From an uncultured archaeon (GTDB lineage: Archaea > Iainarchaeota > Iainarchaeia > Iainarchaeales > DATDZZ01), in assembly GCA_964373795.1 (NCBI GenBank), contig CAYJVY010000005.1:16257-23745 (forward strand): 7,489 bases of DNA, in the 5' to 3' direction. A program made the position numbers and the translations under genes. Below the pieces are notes generated by a model, which worked only from the letters and a program-made list of their open reading frames with translations, had not been told where the DNA came from and did no database searches. Every line of letters starts with the position of its first letter. Positions within the stretch are counted from its first letter, which is position 1. Positions 1 through 5,300 of the stretch are shown here, piece by piece.

Positions 1-54
1 GCTTCAGTCAAACAGCAAACGCAACTAATTAATATCAAATTGCACATTATTTAA
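1..54 (+). CDS. 3' end of an upstream gene entering from the left edge (last 17 codons, ...ASVKQQTQLINIKLHII, stop TAA 52-54). Product unknown.
   Basis: Frame 1 is open from base 1 to TAA at 52-54. The stop lies 3 nt before the ATG of the next gene, an operon-like junction. Too short to assign a function or to prove it is coding. Confidence 0.35.
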   Translation, partial: ASVKQQTQLINIKLHII

Positions 55-57
55 TGC

Positions 58-1539
58 ATGTTGAATGAAAGAGCTTTCACTTTATTCACTGCATTGATTT
101 CATTTATTTTAATTGCTTTAACAATGCTGTTAATTTCAAGCATGACTGCTACCTCTACGAATACTGAAAACATTATTGCTTCAATTGAAGAGCAAACAAA
201 AATGCAGGCATTAGCTGATTTAGCTAGAGCAGATGCAGTGCAAACATTTAATTATGGAGTGAGAAGAAGATTTGAAGAATATTTTTTAGGTGAAAGCAGG
301 GTAACAATTACTAGAGGGCAAACCTGGGAAGACATTAAGAAAGAGTTTGCTAGAACTTTTTTTGCTTCAGAGCCTTCAACTGAAAACCCTTATGGAGTAA
401 GAGCTTTTGCAGATAATGCTACTGCATACATTGAAGACATTTTAAGTAATTCTCCTGCAATTCCAGGATTTACTGTTACTTTAACTAAAGGAGCTACAAA
501 AGAATTAAACGATGTATTGCAAAAATCTGTTTTAAAATCTTTAAGTGATCCGTCAAAAAAATTTTTTGAAGTAGTTGAATGTGAAGGAATAATAAGTAAC
601 TGCGTTATTGGAACTTTTTTTGTAAACCTGGATTTAAGTGAAGTAACAGATAAAGAATATGAAAAACTTCCTCAAATAAGGGTTGAAAATGATTCAACTG
701 GCCGCGTTATAAAAGAACCAATTCTGCCTAGAACTAATTACAGAATTTATTTTCCAATAAGAATTTTTAAAGCAATTGCAATTGGAAGAACAATTTCAGA
801 TCCTGGAACAGGGTTATTAAGTTCTGGATTGAAGACTCAAATTGAAAGCTATGGAATAGGTTTCTGTGATCCAAATCAATGCTCTCCAAGAAATGAAATT
901 TTGCCAGGCAAGCTTTCAACAAAAGTAGGCCTTTGCCCTGGAGACAGTGGAGCAAGTACTTTAGTAAATTTTGCAAATGAAACAATTGACCCAATTCCTT
1001 TTACAACAGGGTATCATTCTTCAATTAAAGAATATAGAGCTACAAGCTTGGATAGTGGGCAACCAGTTTTAAGAGACAAGATTTTGGAAAAAATTTGCAC
1101 TCATGCAACTACTTCAATTCCTTCTCTAAGCGGGCATAACGTTGAATTAATTGGAACAAAATGTGGAGGAAAAATTCAAGACATTTCATTAATACTTGAA
1201 CAACAAGAAACAGTTACAGTTAAAGGAGAACTAGAAATAACTGCAGGAGCAATTCCTTCTTTTGGAGGAAGCTCAGCAACTCCTGGAACAACTACTAGAG
1301 GGCCTTATACCTTGAATTGTTTAAAGCCATCCAAGATGGAGATAACTTTTCTTGTAAGAGAAAAAGACAAAAAATACATGGTGAATGAAAGAAATTATTC
1401 AACCAATCCATTAGCTGGATTTAAGATTGAAATTCAAGACAAGTATACTCCTTCAAGCACTAAATGGAATTGTCTTTCAAAATGCACTAAATCAGATATT
1501 TCTCCAGGATGCCAAGTGAAAACTTGTAATCCGATTTAA
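58..1539 (+). CDS. Secreted cysteine-rich protein with a type IV pilin-like (class III signal peptide) N-terminus. Putative large minor or tip pilin-like surface protein.
   Basis: 493-codon ORF from the track. The N-terminus MLNER-A|FTLFTALISFILIALTMLLISS has a short charged leader, R at -2 and A at -1, then F plus about 22 hydrophobic residues, which is the prepilin-peptidase substrate layout. All 12 Cys lie after the helix, including the C-terminal cluster WNCLSKCTKSDISPGCQVKTC. It carries N-x-S/T sequons (NAT, NDS, NET, NYS). There is no SD upstream; the ATG sits 3 nt after the upstream stop, suggesting translational coupling. Coding status is strong; the functional call is inference. Confidence 0.8.
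   Translation: MLNERAFTLFTALISFILIALTMLLISSMTATSTNTENIIASIEEQTKMQALADLARADAVQTFNYGVRRRFEEYFLGESRVTITRGQTWEDIKKEFARTFFASEPSTENPYGVRAFADNATAYIEDILSNSPAIPGFTVTLTKGATKELNDVLQKSVLKSLSDPSKKFFEVVECEGIISNCVIGTFFVNLDLSEVTDKEYEKLPQIRVENDSTGRVIKEPILPRTNYRIYFPIRIFKAIAIGRTISDPGTGLLSSGLKTQIESYGIGFCDPNQCSPRNEILPGKLSTKVGLCPGDSGASTLVNFANETIDPIPFTTGYHSSIKEYRATSLDSGQPVLRDKILEKICTHATTSIPSLSGHNVELIGTKCGGKIQDISLILEQQETVTVKGELEITAGAIPSFGGSSATPGTTTRGPYTLNCLKPSKMEITFLVREKDKKYMVNERNYSTNPLAGFKIEIQDKYTPSSTKWNCLSKCTKSDISPGCQVKTCNPI
76..141 (+). other. N-terminal hydrophobic helix of the 58-1539 product (FTLFTALISFILIALTMLLISS), the predicted class III or prepilin-type signal core.
   Basis: An uninterrupted run of about 22 hydrophobic residues directly after the ER-A motif, read from the translation. 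Confidence 0.55.
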
Positions 1540-1545
1540 ACTTCC

Positions 1546-1562
1546 TGTATAATACAATGTAT
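1546..1562. promoter_or_regulatory. Three-arm palindrome TGTAT-a-ATACA-a-TGTAT. Candidate operator for the RHH antitoxin.
   Basis: Read directly: TGTAT (1546-1550), ATACA (1552-1556) and TGTAT (1558-1562). Adjacent arms are perfect inverted repeats with 1-nt spacers, placed immediately upstream of the TATA-like box. RHH antitoxins classically autoregulate through such repeats (established knowledge). The assignment here is inference. Confidence 0.35.
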
Positions 1563-1566
1563 ACTA

Positions 1567-1574
1567 TTTATATT
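1567..1574 (+). promoter_or_regulatory. TATA-box-like element TTTATATT upstream of the toxin-antitoxin pair.
   Basis: AT-rich octamer close to the archaeal TATA consensus, about 40 nt upstream of ATG 1614. A bacterial-type TATAAT also occurs at 1548-1553. AT-rich spacers produce such matches by chance. Confidence 0.3.
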
Positions 1575-1601
1575 GTTAGATGACTATTAAATAGATATTG
1601 A

Positions 1602-1606
1602 GGTGA
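1602..1606 (+). promoter_or_regulatory. Shine-Dalgarno GGTGA for the antitoxin gene.
   Basis: GGTGA lies 7 nt upstream of ATG 1614. The same GTGA core precedes 1855 (4 nt spacing), 2167 (5 nt) and 2336 (6 nt). Confidence 0.55.
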
Positions 1607-1613
1607 ACATTAA

Positions 1614-1850
1614 ATGAACATAAATCTTGGAGAACCATACAACGTAATAATAAAAAAAATTATTGAAGATGGTTATGCCGGAAATTATACAGAAGTAATT
1701 AGGCAATCTTTGCTAGCCTATGAGAAAATGCTTAAAGAAGAAGAAGTTAATCTTGTAAATAAAGGCATTGAAACTGAAATGCAAGAAATTAAATCTAAGC
1801 AAATAAAAACAAAAACTTTGGAACAATTGAAAAAGAAATACAAGCTGTGA
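1614..1850 (+). CDS. Type II antitoxin, ribbon-helix-helix (ParD/CopG-like).
   Basis: 78 aa. The N-terminus MNINLGEPYNVIIKKIIEDGYAGNYTEVIRQSLLAYEK fits the strand-helix-helix pattern of ParD-type RHH antitoxins, with the G-Y-x-x-x-x-E-V-I-R-x-x-L signature. The C-terminal tail is long and K/E-rich. It has an SD, and its stop lies 4 nt before the toxin ATG. Confidence 0.7.
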   Translation: MNINLGEPYNVIIKKIIEDGYAGNYTEVIRQSLLAYEKMLKEEEVNLVNKGIETEMQEIKSKQIKTKTLEQLKKKYKL

Positions 1851-1854
1851 TTTA

Positions 1855-2115
1855 ATGCAAGTAATTTTTTCAGAAAAAGCAGAAAAAGAATTGGATAAAA
1901 TGGATCATTTGTTTAGAAAGCTTTTTTTTAAGAATATTGAAAAAATTAAAGAGTTTCTTCCAAGAAGACATTTAAGATTTGGTTTGCCATTCAACGTTGA
2001 AGAAGTAACAAAACAAGCACGGATTGTTTACCAAATAGAAGAAAACAAACTATTTATACTCCATTGCTTTGATACTCACAAAGAATATGAAAAATGGTAT
2101 AAATCATTTAAGTAA
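1855..2115 (+). CDS. Type II toxin, RelE/ParE superfamily.
   Basis: 86 aa. MQVIFSEKAEKELDKM... followed by ...ARIVYQIEENKLFILHCFDTHKEYEKWY matches the family pattern (x-I-x-F-S-x-x-A-x-K-x-L near the N-terminus; R-I-[IV]-Y-x-I-x-x-x-x-[IL]-x-I-L-x-x-x-x-H-[KR]-x-x-Y near the C-terminus). Size and position directly after an RHH gene are typical. It ends with tandem in-frame stops TAA CTC TAA (2113-2121). Confidence 0.75.
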   Translation: MQVIFSEKAEKELDKMDHLFRKLFFKNIEKIKEFLPRRHLRFGLPFNVEEVTKQARIVYQIEENKLFILHCFDTHKEYEKWYKSFK

Positions 2116-2126
2116 CTCTAAATCAC

Positions 2127-2250
2127 AGATTGTGGCAAACAGTCTCGCGTGGTTAACGTGAAAACAATGCAAGTCATGCATTTAAATGAAGATCTTGCGC
2201 TTGCCAAGCCCAAGGCGTTTTACACTCGCCTGATTGGCAGGATAGGAATA
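2127..2250. other. G+C-rich island in the spacer. Candidate structured RNA, leader, or relic of foreign sequence.
   Basis: Hand count: 55 G+C in 2131-2250 (46%) and 28 of 50 in 2191-2240 (56%), against 17 of 80 (21%) in 2251-2330. It contains competing hairpins built on the segment CCAAGGCG (2210-2217). No tRNA T-loop or rRNA-like motif was recognised. Confidence 0.3.
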
Positions 2251-2319
2251 GGTTTATATATAAAATACCCTTTAAATTATTATATTAAAGACTTAAGAGT
2301 TAACTCTATAATTAAATGA
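2167..2319 (+). CDS. Possible 50-aa small ORF (MQVMHLNEDLALAKPKAFYTRLIGRIGIGLYIKYPLNYYIKDLRVNSIIK). Hypothetical.
   Basis: Below the track's size cutoff. ATG 2167 is preceded by GTGA (2158-2161) at 5-nt spacing, like the other genes here. The start context AATGCAAGT is identical over 9 nt to that of the toxin gene at 1854-1862. Against it: it is short, its composition changes abruptly midway, and it would overlap the TATA-like box of the giant gene. Confidence 0.2.
   Translation: MQVMHLNEDLALAKPKAFYTRLIGRIGIGLYIKYPLNYYIKDLRVNSIIK
2198..2221 (+). terminator. Hairpin followed by T4. Possible terminator of the toxin-antitoxin transcript.
   Basis: CGCTTG (2198-2203) pairs with CAA(G)GCG (2211-2217), with one bulged G and the loop CCAAGCC, followed by TTTT (2218-2221). 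The stem is short and only four T follow. Confidence 0.25.
2253..2265 (+). promoter_or_regulatory. TATA-box-like element TTTATATATAAAA upstream of the giant gene.
   Basis: A match to the archaeal TATA consensus (TTTATATA), preceded by the purine-rich GGAATAGG (BRE-like), about 75 nt upstream of TTG 2336. Chance matches are common in AT-rich DNA. Confidence 0.35.
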
Positions 2320-2324
2320 AGTGA

Positions 2325-2329
2325 AGTGA
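2325..2329 (+). promoter_or_regulatory. Shine-Dalgarno AGTGA for the giant gene.
   Basis: The GTGA core lies 6 nt upstream of TTG 2336, with the same motif and spacing class as in front of 1614 and 1855. Confidence 0.45.
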
Positions 2330-2335
2330 GCTTAT

Positions 2336-5300
2336 TTGAGTTTTTTTGAAGATTTAGAAGATAGGTTTTGGAAGTTACTAGAAGACTTGCAAGATAAAGG
2401 AATTCCTTTAATTAAACTCGCGTATTTTTTAGATGATAGAAAAATTCCTGCAATGCCGGTTTTTGCTTTAATTACATTATTAGTTCTTAGTGTATTAGGA
2501 TTTGGAGTTTATAATTTATTTCTTCAACCACAAGCAAGTGTTACTTTAACTGTTTTAGGCGTTGAATCAAAGCCTTTAGATTCAGTTGAAGTAAAATTAA
2601 AAGTAAACGATGAATTAAAAACCTTGCAAACAAAGGATGGAAAGATTCAATTAAATGTTCCAATTGGGGCAAAGCTTTCAATTGAAATTGAAAAAGAAGG
2701 ATATGAAAAAAAAGAAAAAAGTTTTACAGTTGATGAAGTAAAATTTGAGCAAACACTTACTTTATTGCCTGTTTCAGCAACTATTTCTAAAACAATTAAA
2801 TTAGTGAATGCAGATAAATCTTTATTTGATAAAAGTGTTACTGCTTCTTTTAGTTGTAGTAATAATACTGGTTTTTCTAAAAGCGAAATAGTTGAAAAAG
2901 GAGAAGTAAAACTAGACAACATTCCAAGCGATTGTGGAAATTTATCTGTTTTTGTAGAAAAATTTAATGTTAAAAGTAATTCAATTAATTTAGATGAAAA
3001 AGGCGCTGCTCAAATAGTTGTAGAGCAAGTGAAAAAAGATTTTGGAAAAGTAAGAGTTGAAGTAAAAAAGGATTCAGGAGAAGCATTGTCAGGAATTAGT
3101 GTAGAACTATACACTTCTCAGAGAATGGCTTATACTAGAGGAATTACTACTCAAGATGGAACAGTTGTATTTGAAAACGTTGAAGTAGATAATTATTACG
3201 TTGTTGCATCAGATGGAAGTGGAGAGTTTTTAACATTTGATGGAAGTGCAAATAAAAAAGATGTATTAAAGGATCAAACAACTTCTTTCACTGCAACAAT
3301 GAAGAAAGGAGTTAAAGGAGAAGTAAAACTTAAAGTAATTAATAAGCAAACTTCTTTGCCTGTTGCAAACGCAATTATAACTTTATTGAAAGCAGATGGA
3401 TCAAAGCATTCCGAACCAAAACAAAGCGATGCAGAGGGAAAGGTTTCATTCAATGTTCCAGATGCAGCTTCATATAAAGCAGTAGTAGATCATCCTGATT
3501 ACTTGTTTCAAGAAAAAGGAGATTTAAGAAAAACAGAGTTAGATGAATTTACTTTAATTCCTGTAACAGAAGCAACAGCTGATAATAGGAAAAGCTTGCT
3601 TGTAAGAGTTTTAGATGAAAAAGGATTACCAGTTGATGCAGTGAAAACAGTTCTTCAAACAGGGGATGGAACTCCTCTTGGATTGGAAAAAATTACTGGA
3701 GCAGATGGAATTGTTTCATTTGGAAACTTGAAGGAAGGAGAATACTTAATTTTTGCAGTTAAAACAGGGTTTAAAGGAGTGTTAAGTCAAAAAGTGCAAG
3801 TAAAGGATAGAAAAGTTAATACTTTAGATGTAAAAATTTCTTTAGGAACTGGAACAGTTGAATTAACTGTTTTAGATGAAGATAATCAACCTATTTCAGG
3901 AGCAACTGTAACTTTATTTGATTATTTTACTGATGAACAACTTGAAAAAGAAAAATTAGTTGACTCTCAGGGAAAGGTTTCATTCACTGTAAGAGCTGAT
4001 AAAAAAATTTATTTAAAGGCTTCAGCAAACAATTTCTTAAACTATGTAACAATTCCATTACAATTAGCTAATAATGTTACAATTAAAAAAGAAATTAAAT
4101 TAGTTGACGATGTTCCAAGCGTTGAAGCAAAACTAGTTGGATTATTTGTTTCAACTCAAGAAGGAGATCAAGAAGTAAAAGATTCTTTAAATTCTGGAGA
4201 CAAATACAAGGTTAGACTTCAAGTAATTACTCCAAAAAATAGTTCTTTTGAAGAAATAGGTTTACATGTTAGAACAGGAAAACAAGAAGAAAATAAAACA
4301 AATATAATGGAAGCAGATCCTTTATTCATTAAAGAAGTTTTCAGTTCTGCTTCTCAAATAAGAAAAGGAACTAGTTTTACTCCTTCACTAGGGTTTTCAA
4401 ACGATGCAACTCATTTAACAAGCGGAGCAGCTAAATGGATTAATTCTACTTGGAGAAAACCTTTAGCAGGAGTATATGAATTGGAAGCAGAGATTCAAGT
4501 AAACAAAGTAGAAGCAAGAGATGACTTGAAATTATATTATAGAGCATGGGGTAAAAGCGGAAGCTATGTAAGAGATCCAGCAGACAAAGAATTAGGCAAT
4601 GCAGCTAATACTGCTAAAAAACAAGAATTATATGCTCATTCAAAGGAAAAAACTTATTCAGTTGGAGTAGCATCAAATGTATGCGTAAGAGAATTTTGCA
4701 GTAGTTTAACAATTGAAGACTTGTTTTCAAATCTTGAAACAGGAATAGTAGACCAATACAGTGCAAAAATTACAAACAATTACAAGTTAAGATTTAATTT
4801 AGTTAATAGTTCTACTTCAACTTTTAGTGGATTAAAATTCAAGGTATTCAATGAATTAGGAGGAGTAGAACTTCAAAACTATAAAATTGAAGTGCAAGGA
4901 AAAGAGCTTTTAGGAAACGCGGAAAATAATGAAATTAATTTAGATGTATTAAAGTTAACTGGAGACGAACCAATTTCAGGAGAAATTAATTTCAAAACCT
5001 CAAAGGATGGACAGTCAAAGATTGTAATGCAATTAATTTCTGGCAGAGACACTTTATTTGAAAAACAAGTATTAGTTGATGTAAGCCCTGCGCAAACACT
5101 TAAAGTAGAAGTAGTGCCAAAAGCAGTTGTTCCATTCATTAACAATCAATTTGTATTCAAAGTAACAAAACCAGAAGATAATTCTGCTATTCCAAATGCA
5201 TTAATTAGATTAATGTTAAATGAAACACTTGTAGTAACAGGGAATACTAATTCAAGAGGAGAATTTGAATACACTTTAACTGCGCCTTCAAGTGGTGCAA

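Noticed and set aside
555-567. Homopolymer tracts as phase-variation switches: A7T6 here, T7 at 357-363 and 615-621, and A8 at 2706-2713.
   Set aside because: Runs of this length are expected in coding DNA this AT-rich (Lys/Phe codons). All are in frame as sequenced, and there is no evidence of length variation in a single sequence.
767-994. 75-aa minus-strand ORF from the track.
   Set aside because: It lies entirely inside the 58-1539 sense ORF. Its L/F/Q-rich low-complexity translation is typical of the antisense of K/E-rich AT-rich coding DNA, and it has no SD.
2186-2233. C/D-box sRNA: ATGAAGA as box C and CTGA (2230-2233) as box D.
   Set aside because: Box C is imperfect. No internal D'/C' boxes occur at the expected 12-nt guide spacing; the positions read CAAG and CCCAAGG.
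2127-2250. Diversity-generating retroelement template repeat.
   Set aside because: No matching variable repeat was found in the window, no AAY-rich codon pattern, and no reverse transcriptase gene is present here.
2113-2319. Read-through or extension of the toxin into the small ORF, which is in the same reading frame.
   Set aside because: Two in-frame stops (TAA CTC TAA, 2113-2121) separate them. The shared frame is probably coincidental.
2116-2335. tRNA or 5S rRNA explaining the G+C peak.
   Set aside because: There is no GGTTCRAAT-type T-loop on either strand, no acceptor/T-arm geometry, and no resemblance to 5S helices that I can see. The only T-arm-like element (CGCG-tggttaa-CGTG) has the wrong loop sequence.
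2647-2922. 91-aa minus-strand ORF from the track.
   Set aside because: Antisense shadow of the giant + strand ORF. It is S/F/L-rich, and its SIESFAP motif is simply the reverse complement of the conserved GAKLSIE module motif.
4879-5145. 88-aa minus-strand ORF from the track.
   Set aside because: Antisense shadow inside the giant ORF. It has no independent start signals or recognisable domain.
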